From positions 192,001-256,000 of the forward strand of contig CAWHAZ010000005.1 in the NCBI GenBank assembly GCA_963827475.1: a stretch of DNA of 64,000 nucleotides, in the 5' to 3' direction. Shown here piece by piece: positions 42,157 through 52,671 of the stretch; the stretch's first letter is position 1; each line of letters starts with the position of its first letter. The notes beneath the pieces were generated by a model. The model was not told where the DNA came from and searched no databases. It saw only the letters and a list, made by a program, of their open reading frames with translations. The translations under genes and the position numbers were made by a program. Source of the DNA: an uncultured Chloroflexia bacterium (GTDB lineage: Bacteria > Chloroflexota > Limnocylindria > QHBO01).

Positions 42157-43431
42157 GTGACGACCGAGCAGATTTTCCTCCTGGTGAGCGTGCTGGTGGC
42201 CGGGCTGATCGTGATCGCCGGCCTCGTCGCATTGCTCGCCGGGCGGGCTCGCACGTCCGCCGAGGCCGGCCTCCAGCCGGTCGGCCCCGGCCCCGGCCTC
42301 GAGGCGGCGCCTCGCGACAAGTACCTGTCGACCACCGAATCGACCGGTGCCCCCCTGGCCTGGATCGGTCCGGATCGCTTCCGGGCCACGATTCGAGCCA
42401 CGTGGTGGGCGACGGTGGTCGGCGTTCTCATCGCCGTCGGCGTGACCGACGTGTTCTCCAGCCAGACCGCGATCTTCGCCCTCGGTGGACTGGCCCTCGT
42501 GGCGGTGGTCGTCTTCCACGAGGTGATCCCCGATCGTTGGCGGACGCCGATCACGTCCGCCGCCGAGGTGGCGAGCGCGATTGGCCTGCTCGTCGGGCTG
42601 GTCATCCTGACCGGGCGAGGTTCCTCGCCCTTCGCCCCGCTCCTCATCCTGCCCGTGCTCGGGGTCGCCCTCGGCGGCCGACCATCCGCCGGCCTCGCGG
42701 CGGCCCTCGGCGTCAGCCTCGCATTCGGCGCCGTGCTGGCCACCGATCCCGACCTCCCGTTCACCGCGGGCGAGCTGCTCCCGGCGGCGGTGGTGCTCGG
42801 GGTCGTCTGGCTCGGAACCGTGTCCGCGGTCGTCTTTGCCGCGCAGCAGCGGCGGCTGCAGGCGGCGACCCTCCAGCTGTCGATCACCGACCCGCTGACC
42901 GGCCTCTTCAACCGGGCCCAGATCTACGTCGACCTCGACCAGGAGGTCCGTCGCAGCCGCCGCTCACTCCGGCCGTTCTGCCTGCTGATGGTCGACATGG
43001 ACGGCCTCAAGCTCATCAACGACTCGTTGGGCCATGAGCGTGGTGATGCGGCGATCCGCGGCATCGCGAGCGTGATCCGCCGCTCGATCCGGACCGTGGA
43101 CTCCGCCTATCGGTACGCCGGCGACGAGTTCGTCGTCCTCCTGCCGGAGACTGATTTCGTCGGTGCCTTCGTCGTCGCCGAGAAGGTCCGCCAGGGCGCG
43201 GAGGAGCTCGGGGCGACGGTGACTCGCGAGGAGGCGCCGACCACGGTCAGCATCGGCCTCGTCTCCCATCCGGAGGACGGCTCGACCGACGAGGAGCTCA
43301 TGCTGGCGGTGGACCGCGCGATGTACGTGGCCAAGGCGGGCGGGAAGAACCAGGTCAGCGGGTACCCGCGCCCGGTCCGGCCCGCGCCGGCGCCGTCGGG
43401 TGCCATCGGCCAGGTGTCGGTACTGGGGTAG
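42157..43431 (+). CDS. Membrane diguanylate cyclase (GGDEF domain)
   Basis: Multiple TM segments, TDPLTGLFN, DMDGLKLINDSLGH, RTVD I-site, RYAGDEF. Confidence 0.9.
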   Translation: MTTEQIFLLVSVLVAGLIVIAGLVALLAGRARTSAEAGLQPVGPGPGLEAAPRDKYLSTTESTGAPLAWIGPDRFRATIRATWWATVVGVLIAVGVTDVFSSQTAIFALGGLALVAVVVFHEVIPDRWRTPITSAAEVASAIGLLVGLVILTGRGSSPFAPLLILPVLGVALGGRPSAGLAAALGVSLAFGAVLATDPDLPFTAGELLPAAVVLGVVWLGTVSAVVFAAQQRRLQAATLQLSITDPLTGLFNRAQIYVDLDQEVRRSRRSLRPFCLLMVDMDGLKLINDSLGHERGDAAIRGIASVIRRSIRTVDSAYRYAGDEFVVLLPETDFVGAFVVAEKVRQGAEELGATVTREEAPTTVSIGLVSHPEDGSTDEELMLAVDRAMYVAKAGGKNQVSGYPRPVRPAPAPSGAIGQVSVLG

Positions 43432-43494
43432 TTGCCGGGGTTCGGTATACTGCCGCGCCGCCTGGTGGGCCGATCCTCCACCGGGCGAGGGACC

Positions 43495-44883
43495 ATGGAG
43501 GGGCTGTTGAACCAGGCTGTCGCCGGCCGGCCCGATCCCCGCGCACCGCTGGCCGCCTTCTTCTCGTTCGTGCTGCCCGGGCTGGGACAGGCCTACAACC
43601 GCCAGTTCTGGCTGGCGCTGCTCCTCGGCCTGCCCGCTGCCGTGCTCGGCTGGATCATCGTGGCTGCCGCCGGCCGGGGCGCCGGAGTGCTCACGCAGCT
43701 CCTCGATGTCCGGGTCCTGTGGGCCCTCGTCGTCCTCAACCTCGCGTTCCTCGGCTGGCGGGCGGTGGCCATCTACCAGGCCCACGCGGCCCGCGAGGCG
43801 CCTGACTGGCGCAGCTGGACGACCTGGGTCACCGGGCTCCTGCTGGCCGTGACCCTCGCGATGCATCTGCTGCCGGCGTGGTACGCCTCCGCCACCCTCC
43901 AGACCCTCGCCGCGGTCGGGCAGGGCGGGAGTGGCGCGGGCGGGATCCTGGTCGACCCGATGGTGGACCCCAAGGACCTCGGGCCGGCCCCGCTGATCGC
44001 GACGCCGCCCCCTGCCCCGTCGCCGGAGCCGACGCCCACCCCGATCGGCCTGTCCGATCGGTTCACCGTCCTCCTCCTCGGCGTGGACCTCGGGCCGGGG
44101 CGAGCGACCTACAACACCGACACGATGATGGTGGCCACCATCGACCCCCGGAGCGGGGTGTCGCTGATCTCCATCCCGCGCGACACGTTCGGCACGCCGC
44201 TGGGCGACGGCCGCGTCTACCGGGCCAAGCTGAACTCCCTGCTGGCCTACGCCCGGATCGACCCCCGCACGTACCCGCTCGGCGGCCCCGAGACCATCAA
44301 GGCAGCGGTGGGCGCGCTGCTGGGGATGAAAATCGACTACGTCGGCGCGGTCGACTTCCTCGGCTTCACCCGCGCGATCGACGCGGTTGGCGGAGTCGAC
44401 GTGACCGTGACCCGGGCCGTCCATGACTGGGGCTACATGGACGAGTACAACCGCGTCGTCGGGTTCCATGTCGAGCCGGGAACGCACCACATGGACGGCT
44501 ACACCGCCCTCGCCTTCGCCCGTTCCCGAAAGGGCGCGGGAGACAGCGACTACACCCGCGCCGACCGCCAGCAGCTGGTCATCGCGGCCATGGCCGCCAA
44601 GATGCGGTCGGGCGCCTGGCTGGCCAACCTGCCGGCCCTGCTGTCGGCCCTCGGCAACTCGATCGCGTCCGACATCCCGGTCGAGCTCATGCCGCACATC
44701 GCCAAGGCGCTGCTCGACGCCGACCTCGCCGATCTCGAGCGCCTGGTCATCCAGCCACCGCTGGTCCAGCCGGGCGTCCTGACCGATGGGACGTACATCC
44801 TCACCCCCGACATCGTCGCGATCCAGGCTGCGGTCGACCAGATGGTCAACGCGCGTCCGGAGCACGTTCCGCAGCCGGACTGA
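43495..44883 (+). CDS. LCP family protein
   Basis: LLLGVD, NTDTMMV, ISIPRD, LAFARSR, SDYTRADRQQ. Confidence 0.92.
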   Translation: MEGLLNQAVAGRPDPRAPLAAFFSFVLPGLGQAYNRQFWLALLLGLPAAVLGWIIVAAAGRGAGVLTQLLDVRVLWALVVLNLAFLGWRAVAIYQAHAAREAPDWRSWTTWVTGLLLAVTLAMHLLPAWYASATLQTLAAVGQGGSGAGGILVDPMVDPKDLGPAPLIATPPPAPSPEPTPTPIGLSDRFTVLLLGVDLGPGRATYNTDTMMVATIDPRSGVSLISIPRDTFGTPLGDGRVYRAKLNSLLAYARIDPRTYPLGGPETIKAAVGALLGMKIDYVGAVDFLGFTRAIDAVGGVDVTVTRAVHDWGYMDEYNRVVGFHVEPGTHHMDGYTALAFARSRKGAGDSDYTRADRQQLVIAAMAAKMRSGAWLANLPALLSALGNSIASDIPVELMPHIAKALLDADLADLERLVIQPPLVQPGVLTDGTYILTPDIVAIQAAVDQMVNARPEHVPQPD

Positions 44884-44918
44884 CGGGCCGGGCAGGGGGT
44901 TCTCGGTAGACTCTGGGC

Positions 44919-46094
44919 ATGCCCGGATTCTCGACGCGCGCCATCCGTGCCTCCGGCCACCAGGCCGAGGTCGAGCAGACGCCGGTCACGGTGCCGATCT
45001 ACCAGACCAGCACGTTCGAGGTCGGGTCCGCCGCCGAGCTCGAGGAGCTGCTCGAGTTCCGCCGTCCCGGGCACTCGTACACGCGGTACTCGAACCCGAC
45101 CCACGCCGCCCTGGAAGGGGCGCTCGCGGAGCTCGAAGGCGGGGAGGCCGCCCTCGCCACCGCCTCGGGGATGGCCGCCATCCACGGCGCCATGCTGTCG
45201 CTCCTGCGGTCCGGCGACGAGGTGCTGATTCCGGCCGCGGTGTACGGGGGGACGGTCGGCCTGTTCAACGCGGTCATGCCGCGCCTCGGGATCACCCACC
45301 GCGCCGTGCGCTCGGGAGACACCGCGGCGGTGGTGGACGCGATCGGCCCGAAGACCCGCCTGGTGTGGCTGGAGACGATCGCCAACCCGACCACCGAGAT
45401 GGCAGACCTCGCGGCCATCGCCGCGGCCGCCCACGAGCGCGGGGTGCCGGTCGTGGTCGACAACACCTTCGCCTCGCCGTACCTGTGCAATCCGCTCGCG
45501 CTGGGCGCGGATCTCGTCGTTCACTCCCTCACCAAGTACGTCGGAGGCCATTCCGACCTCATCGGCGGCGCGGTCATCGGCAGCGCCGAGCGCGTGGCCG
45601 CGGTGCGCGAGGTCGTGGTGAACACCGGCGGCAACGCCAACCCGTTCGAGGCCTTCCTGGCGTTGCGCGGGCTGCGGACCCTGGCCGTCCGGATGGACCG
45701 CCATTCCGACAACGCGCTGGCCGTGGCCCGCGGCCTGGAGGGCGCCCCGGGGATCTCGGACGTCCACTACCCGGGCCTGCCGTCGCATCCCCAGCACGAG
45801 CTGGCCCGGCGCGAGCTGCGGGACGGGCGAGCCGGCGGGATGATGGCCATCGAGCTCGCGGGCGGACGCGCGGCAGGCGAGCGGTTCCTCGAGCGGATCC
45901 AGGTCGCGCGCCACGCGACCAGCCTGGCGGGCGTCGAGTCCTTGATCAGCCACCCCGCATCGTCATCGCATCGCCAGTACGGCGACGCGGAGCTGGCCGC
46001 GGCCGGGCTGTCGGCCGGCATGCTGCGGGTCTCGATCGGGCTCGAGGACGCGGATGATCTCGTGGCGGACCTGGCGGCCGCCGCCGGCGGCTGA
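44919..46094 (+). CDS. Cys/Met-metabolism PLP enzyme (cystathionine gamma-synthase/lyase or methionine gamma-lyase family)
   Basis: PIYQTSTF, YTRYSNPT, SGMAAI, VDNTF, SLTKYVGGH, SLAGVESL, LRVSIGLE. Confidence 0.93.
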   Translation: MPGFSTRAIRASGHQAEVEQTPVTVPIYQTSTFEVGSAAELEELLEFRRPGHSYTRYSNPTHAALEGALAELEGGEAALATASGMAAIHGAMLSLLRSGDEVLIPAAVYGGTVGLFNAVMPRLGITHRAVRSGDTAAVVDAIGPKTRLVWLETIANPTTEMADLAAIAAAAHERGVPVVVDNTFASPYLCNPLALGADLVVHSLTKYVGGHSDLIGGAVIGSAERVAAVREVVVNTGGNANPFEAFLALRGLRTLAVRMDRHSDNALAVARGLEGAPGISDVHYPGLPSHPQHELARRELRDGRAGGMMAIELAGGRAAGERFLERIQVARHATSLAGVESLISHPASSSHRQYGDAELAAAGLSAGMLRVSIGLEDADDLVADLAAAAGG

Positions 46095-46103
46095 GTCGCG
46101 ACC

Positions 46104-47132
46104 GTGCCTCGACTGATCGACGCCTGGCGCGCGGCGTCCTGACCCGGAGGCGCGCCTGGTGGCCGGCGCGCCGGGCGGCGACCGCTGGATCTCCTCCGCG
46201 GCGTGTCGCGCACCCGTGTCGCGCCGCCCCATCTCCCGCCGCCGGCGGAGGGGCACCTGCTCATCGTGGACGGCTCGCTGCTTGCCACGCTGCCGGCCGC
46301 ACGCCTCCTCGCCGAGGTCGATGCCTCGGGGAGCGTCCCGGTCGGGCTCCTCGTTGCCGCGCCGGCCCACGGCACGGATCACGACTGGCCCGACGCCACG
46401 CCTCCGGTCCTGGTCAGCCAGCGATCGGCGGCCGCGCTGTTCGCGGCGGCCGGCGCCTACCTCGCGGACGAGGCCGGGGCGCTGGCATCGCTCGCCACCG
46501 AGCTCCGGCTGGCGACGGCCGAGGCGGCGCTCGCCGACCCGTCGCCCGCGGCGCCCGCCGGCCTCGTCGCATCCCGGGCTCGACGCGGTGTCGCCGTCGT
46601 CGCCGACGGGGAGCTGCTGACCCTGCATCCCCGGCCGGCGGGCCGCGCCCTGGCCGCCCGCTTCGCCGCGGCCTTCAGCCGGCTGTTCGGGACGCCCAGC
46701 GCCCGCGCGGCGGCGTCGCGGCGGCTGCGCGACGGGCTGTGGATCCACGAGGAGCAGATCCGGCCCGGCGCGGCGGTCTGGCTGTTCGACGACCTGCCCA
46801 TGGCCCGCGTGGACGAGGTGGCTGCGGCGGCCCTGGCCACGACCCTCCGTGCCCTGCTCCGCCGGCCGACCCCGCGGTCAGTACGCCCCGCGCCCAGGGT
46901 CGTGGCCCAGCGGCCAGTCCCCGCCGACCAGCGGATGGACGCCACCCTGCTGGCCGTCGCGCGAGCGAACGGCCGCGTCGCTCCGGCCGCGCGCAGCCTG
47001 GGCGTGCACCGCAACACCGTCCTGTACCGCCTCCGCGTGGCCCGCGACCAGCGGGGGATCGACCCGCGCCGGCCGGAAGACGCGCTCAGGCTGCTCCGCG
47101 AGGCTGATCGCGAGGACCGACGCCCGGCGTGA
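46104..47132 (+). CDS. PucR/CdaR-family transcriptional regulator (N-terminus probably frameshifted; clean ORF from 46203)
   Basis: C-terminal HTH TLLAVARANGRVAPAARSLGVHRNTVLYRL. Confidence 0.8.
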
Positions 47133-47148
47133 GCCGCGCGACCGGGGC

Positions 47149-47169
47149 GTTTGTGCACAATGCACAAAC
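47149..47169. promoter_or_regulatory. Perfect inverted repeat, putative PucR/CdaR-family operator upstream of glnA
   Basis: GTTTGTGCA-CAA-TGCACAAAC, AT-rich in a GC-rich context; TAGGCT -10-like box at 47222-47227. Confidence 0.7.
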
Positions 47170-47308
47170 ATTGACCCGCCGATACGGGCTCGCCCGGCTC
47201 CGCACCGACAACCCGCCGACCTAGGCTCCTGCTGCCGCGCGACGCCCGGCCGGCATCGACATCGGTTTCGCTCTCGCATCGGTCTGTGACCAGAAGGGGT
47301 ATCAGCTC

Positions 47309-48674
47309 ATGGCTCGGAAGGACCTGTCTGCCGCGTTGGCCCTGGCGGAGGAGAAGAACCTCCGTTTCGTCAGCCTCCAGTTCACCGACATCGTCGGCCA
47401 TGTGAAATCGGTCCAGGTGCCGATGCACCAGCTGGAGGAAGCGGTCGAGCACGGGAAATGGTTCGACGGCAGCAGCATCGAGGGATTCGCCCGGATCGCC
47501 GAGTCGGACATGTTCCTCGTGCCCGACCTCGCGACCTTCTCTCCCATCCCGTGGGAGCAGGGGATCGACGCCGACGGACGCCAGACGGAGACCGGCAGCG
47601 CCCGGGTCATCTGCGACGTGTTCACCCCCAACGGCGACCCGTTCCCCGGCGATCCGCGCTGGGTCCTCCGCCGGCAGATGGAGAAGGCGAAGAAGCTGGG
47701 GTACACGTTCAACACCGGCCCCGAGCTGGAGTTCTTCCTGCTCCGCCTGGGCGATGGGCCGATCGAGCCGCTGCCCCATGACGCGGCCGGCTACTTCGAC
47801 CTCAGCGCCGACCTGGCGACCGAGGTCCGCAAGGAGATGATGAACGACCTCGAGGAGATCGGGATCGAGGTCGAGACCGCGCACCACGAGGTGGCGGTCG
47901 GCCAGCACGAGATCGACTTCAAGTACGCCGACGCGCTGCGCACCGCGGACAACGCGGTGACCTTCAAGACGACCCTCAAGGCGGTCGCGCCAGCGGCACG
48001 GGCTGCACGCCACGTTCATGCCCAAGCCGATCTTCGGCATCAACGGCTCGGGGATGCACACCCACCAGTCGCTGTGGGATGACAAGCGCGGCCGAAACGC
48101 GTTTGCCGACGCCAAGGACCCGTACGGCCTGTCGACCATCGCCCGGCACTACATCGCCGGGACGCTGGAGCATGCCCGCGGCATGATCGCGGTCCTCGCC
48201 CCGCTGGTGAACAGCTACAAGCGGCTGGTCCCCGGCTACGAGGCGCCGGTCTACATCGGCTGGGCCCGGATCAATCGCTCGGCCCTGATCCGGATCCCGC
48301 AGATCTCGAGCGGCCAGCTGGATTCGACCCGGATCGAGCTCCGCTGCCCAGATCCGTCGTCCAACCCGTATCTCGCCTTCGCCGCCATGCTGGCGGCCGG
48401 CCTGGACGGCGTCGACCGCAAGCTGCCGATCCCCGACCCGGTGGAGGAGAACCTGTACCACCTCGACGAGGCCAAGCTCCAGAGCCGGAAGATCCGGCAG
48501 CTGCCCGGCACCCTGGCCGAGGCGCTGGACGAGCTGGCCGCCGACGAGGTCATCCGCGACGCCCTGGGCGACCACGTGTTCGAGCGGTTCGTGGAAGCCA
48601 AGCGCGAGGAGTGGGACGCCTACCGCATGCAGGTCACCGGCTGGGAGACGGCGCGCTACCTCGAGGCGTTCTGA
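47309..48674 (+). CDS. glnA: Glutamine synthetase type I (frameshift near 47990)
   Basis: [68 protein letters not shown]. Confidence 0.95.
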
Positions 48675-49738
48675 GGACCGAGGACGGCGTCGGCCAGCTG
48701 CGCGGAGAGGATGCGCCAGTCGTAGCGTTCGACCGCCGTGCGGCGGGCGTTGTCGCCCTGTGACCGGCGCCGTGACTCGTCCCGCAGGAGCTCCCAGATC
48801 GCGGCGGCGAGGTCGTCGACCTCGTCTCCGGCGGCGACCGCTCCGGCACCGGCTTCCTCGACGATCCGGCGCGTCTCGAACCGGGGCGTGACCACCAGCG
48901 GGCGGCCGGAGGCCATGGCGTCGAACACCTTGACCGGCGCAGCCGCGTCCATGTACGCGCCGGGCGGGTGCGGGACGACCAGCACCGCGGTCTCGGCCAG
49001 GAACGCGTCGAGCCCGGCGTGCGGGACCTCGGTGACGGTGACCCACGGATCGGTGAGGTCGGCGCGGAGATCGTCCAGGTAGGCCCGGCTGGCCGGGCCG
49101 CTGGCGGCGAGCGCCAGGCGGAGGGTCGCCTCCGGAATTTCCGCTCGGACCCTGGCCATGGCGGCGACGAGCTGTTCGATGCCCCGACCCGGTGCGGCCC
49201 CGGACGCCATTCCGACCACGGGAGCCGCCACCGGAGGGTGCTGGGTGATGGCCGCGGTATCGGTTCCGTTGGTGATGACGACGACGCGGTCCGCATCCAG
49301 CGCACACAGCTCGGCGAACGAGGCCGACGGCGCCACCAGCCGAGAGAACGCGGCGATGTTTCGATCGAACAGGCGGTCGAGCCGGGTGCGGGTGGACGAG
49401 TCGAGGTGCACCCCGAGACTGTCGGTCTGCAGCACCGGGTGGTCGTGGACGTCGAGCACCGCCGCCTCGACCGGCCCGCGCACGAGGCGCAGCGCGCCCT
49501 CGGCCAGGAGCTCGGCCGAGGCCACCTGCACCGGCCGCCGCCAGCCGCCCGATTCGGCCGCCACGGCGGCAGCCAGTCGCGGGACGCCGCGCCGGCCGTG
49601 TGCCGCCAGGCTGCGCGCCCCCGTCCGCTCGGCCAGGGCGTCGAGGATGTGCCGCGCCCGGTTGTCGCCGCCGGTCGATCCCGCGCGGGACACGCCGGCA
49701 ACGAGCCAACGGGCCGGGCGGGCGACGCTCGCCGTCAG
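48656..49738 (-). CDS. Glycosyltransferase family 4
   Basis: [26 protein letters not shown]; probable CTG start overlapping the ppa stop. Confidence 0.8.
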   Translation of the reverse strand: MTASVARPARWLVAGVSRAGSTGGDNRARHILDALAERTGARSLAAHGRRGVPRLAAAVAAESGGWRRPVQVASAELLAEGALRLVRGPVEAAVLDVHDHPVLQTDSLGVHLDSSTRTRLDRLFDRNIAAFSRLVAPSASFAELCALDADRVVVITNGTDTAAITQHPPVAAPVVGMASGAAPGRGIEQLVAAMARVRAEIPEATLRLALAASGPASRAYLDDLRADLTDPWVTVTEVPHAGLDAFLAETAVLVVPHPPGAYMDAAAPVKVFDAMASGRPLVVTPRFETRRIVEEAGAGAVAAGDEVDDLAAAIWELLRDESRRRSQGDNARRTAVERYDWRILSAQLADAVLGPQNASR

Positions 49739-50229
49739 CCGCCGCCTCCAGCTCGGAGCGAGTCGTCGATGATCTGCCACGCCTCCGCCACGCCCAGCCA
49801 GCCCATGACCTCGACCTCGCGTCCTTCGAGCTCCTTGTAGATCTGGAAGAAGTTCTCGACTTCGCGCAGGCGATGGGCGGAGAGGTCCTCGAGCGTGTGC
49901 GTCTCGTCCCACCTGGGGTCGTCGGTCGCGACCGCGAGGATCTTGTAGTCGTGGCCCTTGTCGTCGCGCATGTCGAGCGCGCCGACGGGGCGAGCGCGCA
50001 CGACGCAACCGGGGAAGGTGGGCTCGCTGATCACGACCAGGACGTCGAGCGGGTCACCGTCATCGGCCATCGTGCCCTCGAGGAAGCCGTAGTCGCACGG
50101 GTAGTGGACGCTGCTGTACAGGATCCGGTCGAGGACGAACCGATGCCGCTCGTGGTCGTACTCGTACTTGTTGCGGCTGCCCGACGGGATCTCGACGGTG
50201 ACCTCGATGGGCTGTCGCGCGTCGGCCAT
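49735..50229 (-). CDS. ppa: Inorganic pyrophosphatase (family I)
   Basis: EIPSGSRNKYEYD, YPCDYGF, DGDPLDVLV, DDKGHDYK. Confidence 0.95.
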   Translation of the reverse strand: MADARQPIEVTVEIPSGSRNKYEYDHERHRFVLDRILYSSVHYPCDYGFLEGTMADDGDPLDVLVVISEPTFPGCVVRARPVGALDMRDDKGHDYKILAVATDDPRWDETHTLEDLSAHRLREVENFFQIYKELEGREVEVMGWLGVAEAWQIIDDSLRAGGGG

Positions 50230-50257
50230 GGCTCCAGTATGCGGCGCGTGCCCGAGC

Positions 50258-51527
50258 CTAGCGTTGCCCGGTTCGCGCCAGGGATCGGCGGACGGCCTGG
50301 CGCATCCGCCAGTACCGCGTCCGCAGCCGCGACTCGGCTCGCCGGACAGCGGCGCCACGGGCCAGCGCCTGGTCCACGGACCGCTGGCGCGGCGCCTGAA
50401 CCAGGACGGCAGCCCGCTCGAGCTCGTCGTCGAAGCCCGCGACGAACGAGGCATAGCTGTGCCGGCCCGAGTCGACCAGGTCGCGTCGGGCGGCGGCCAC
50501 GATCCGCGCCCGCGCATCCCGGTCGCGGAACTCACGGATCACGTCGTCGAAGTTCGCGAAGTCCTTGCGCAGCGCGATGTAGTGGGTGCCCGCCTCCATC
50601 AACCCCGAGTACGAACCCTCGAACAGGATCTGGCACGTCTCGAACGCGGCGGCTTCGAAGTGGCGCGGGCTGATGGTCCGATAGGGGACGTTGTCCTCCC
50701 ACGGTTCGAGGACGCGACGCCAGACCTCCTCGAACTCGAGATCGGGCTCGCGGGCGAGGAGCTCGTCGGTCGCGCGGCTCGCCTGATCGTCGAAATCGAA
50801 GATCGATACGCCCGCCTCGACCCCGAGAACGGCGCGGCATGATCCCGAGGAAGCGATACCACGCGTCGCCATAGAGCCGGTCCTGCTCGCCGGTCGCGAT
50901 GTCGAGGCGGAGGTCGAGACCCTCCGCCGCCGCCGCGAAGCGCTGACCGATCTCCACTTTCTCCTGGCCGCCCCGCCCCGCGGCGAACCCCAGGCTCCGG
51001 GCCCGGTACCCGACGTCGACGGTCCGCTCCGATTCGGGCCGCGCGAACGCCGCCGCGTGGCGGAGCAGATCGTCCCCGACGTAGCCGGGAATCGTGGGCA
51101 GGAGGCGAGGCCCGTGCGTCCGGCTGTCGTAGACGTCGCGGGCGGCGTCTGGCTGGAGGAGGGTATAGGCCCAGTCGACGCGATACCGATCGATGAAGGC
51201 GAAGCGCTGAGCGGTGTGATAGTGCTCGTCCTGGAAGAACGCCACCCGCAGGCTGTTCTCACTCGCGTCGAGGTAGGCGAGATAGGCCTCATCCAGCTGG
51301 TAGCTGGGCCCGCCGAACAGCGAGTAGTGCAGGACGATCACCCGAAACCGGAAATCGCGGAGCGCCGCGGGGAATCGGTCGCGGGTGTTCACGCTCCAGA
51401 CCGGAAACCGGGAATGGCGCTCGAAAGCCAGCGCGTGCTCGACCACCGTCTCCGCGTATGGCGGGATGAAGTGGTAGAGCACGAGGATCCCGTTGACATC
51501 GGACGGGCCGCCCATCTCGCGGGCCAT
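50258..51527 (-). CDS. Uncharacterised GT-B-like protein, paralog 1 (frameshift near 50840)
   Basis: FQDEHY, PGYV, DVGYRAR, RLYGDAW, LGVEAG, ISPRHFEAA, EGSYSG. Confidence 0.75.
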
Positions 51528-51582
51528 TCTCCAACATCAAGGTTCACGTTCGGGCGGGTGCCCTAGACTCGCCGGGTAACGA

Positions 51583-52671
51583 ATGAGCACTCTGCCTCGA
51601 CGGCTGCTGGTCACCGGCGGCGCCGGCTTCATCGGCTCCCACTTCGTCCGCCGCATCCTCTCGCGCCACCCAGACGTGCTCGTCACCGTGCTGGACAAGC
51701 TCACCTACGCCGGCAACCTCGCCAACCTGTCTGACGTCGAAGCGGATGACCGATACCGCTTCGTGCGAGGCGACGTCAGCGACCCGGAGATCGTGGACCA
51801 GGTGACCCGTGATGTCGACGTGATCGTGAACTTCGCGGCCGAGTCCCACGTCGACCGCAGCATCGACGCGCCGGACGCGTTCATCGAGACCGATATCCAC
51901 GGGACCTTCGTCCTGCTCGAGGCGGCACGCCGACACGGCGCGCGATTCCTCCAGGTCAGCACCGACGAGGTCTACGGCAACATCGCCGATGGCGCAGCCG
52001 GCGAGCAGGACGTCCTGTCCCCCAGCAGCCCGTACTCGGCCAGCAAGGGCGGCGGCGACCTCCTGGTCAACGCCTACCAGGCGACCTACGACATGCCGGC
52101 CACCATCACCCGCTCGACGAACAACTTCGGCCCCAACCAGTACACCGAAAAGGTCATCCCGCTGTTCATCACCAACGCCCTCGATCATCTTCCGCTGCCG
52201 ATCTACGGTGACGGACAGCAGTCACGCGAATGGCTGTACGTCACCGACCACTGCGATGCGCTCGAGCTCATCCTGGTGCGGGGTCAGCCGGGAGCGATCT
52301 ACAACATCGGCAGCGGCGTGGAGCTCACCAACATCGAGCTGGCCCATCGGATCCTGGACCTGACCGGACAGCCCGCGTCGCTCATCCACCACGTGGAGGA
52401 CCGCCCGGGCCACGATCGCCGCTACGCCGTGGACTGGAGCGCGCTGAAAGGGCTCGGCTGGGAGCCGGTTCACGGGTTCGACGAGGCACTCGCCTCGACG
52501 GTCGAGTGGTATCGGTCCAACGAGGCCTGGTGGCGACCGTTGAAGAGCGGTGAGTACCTCGAGCGCTATCGGTCCGGCCTCGGCCGTTCGGCCTCGATCA
52601 GGGCGCCTAGATCAGGTCGGCGAAGCTGCGCTCGGCTCGTCGGAAGTAGGCCACGCCCAGCACCAGGATGA
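51583..52671 (+). CDS. rfbB: dTDP-glucose 4,6-dehydratase
   Basis: TGGAGFIG, DKLTYAGN, AAESHVDRS, STDEVYG, YSASK, DRPGHDRRY. The tail overlaps wzm, so the end may be shifted. Confidence 0.93.
   Translation: MSTLPRRLLVTGGAGFIGSHFVRRILSRHPDVLVTVLDKLTYAGNLANLSDVEADDRYRFVRGDVSDPEIVDQVTRDVDVIVNFAAESHVDRSIDAPDAFIETDIHGTFVLLEAARRHGARFLQVSTDEVYGNIADGAAGEQDVLSPSSPYSASKGGGDLLVNAYQATYDMPATITRSTNNFGPNQYTEKVIPLFITNALDHLPLPIYGDGQQSREWLYVTDHCDALELILVRGQPGAIYNIGSGVELTNIELAHRILDLTGQPASLIHHVEDRPGHDRRYAVDWSALKGLGWEPVHGFDEALASTVEWYRSNEAWWRPLKSGEYLERYRSGLGRSASIRAPRSGRRSCARLVGSRPRPAPG

Noticed and set aside
47309..48674. Split glnA and other split genes (dehydrogenase, PPIase, asnB) as pseudogenes or programmed frameshifts
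   Set aside because: Single-base shifts with both halves intact and no slippery motif; sequencing error is more parsimonious
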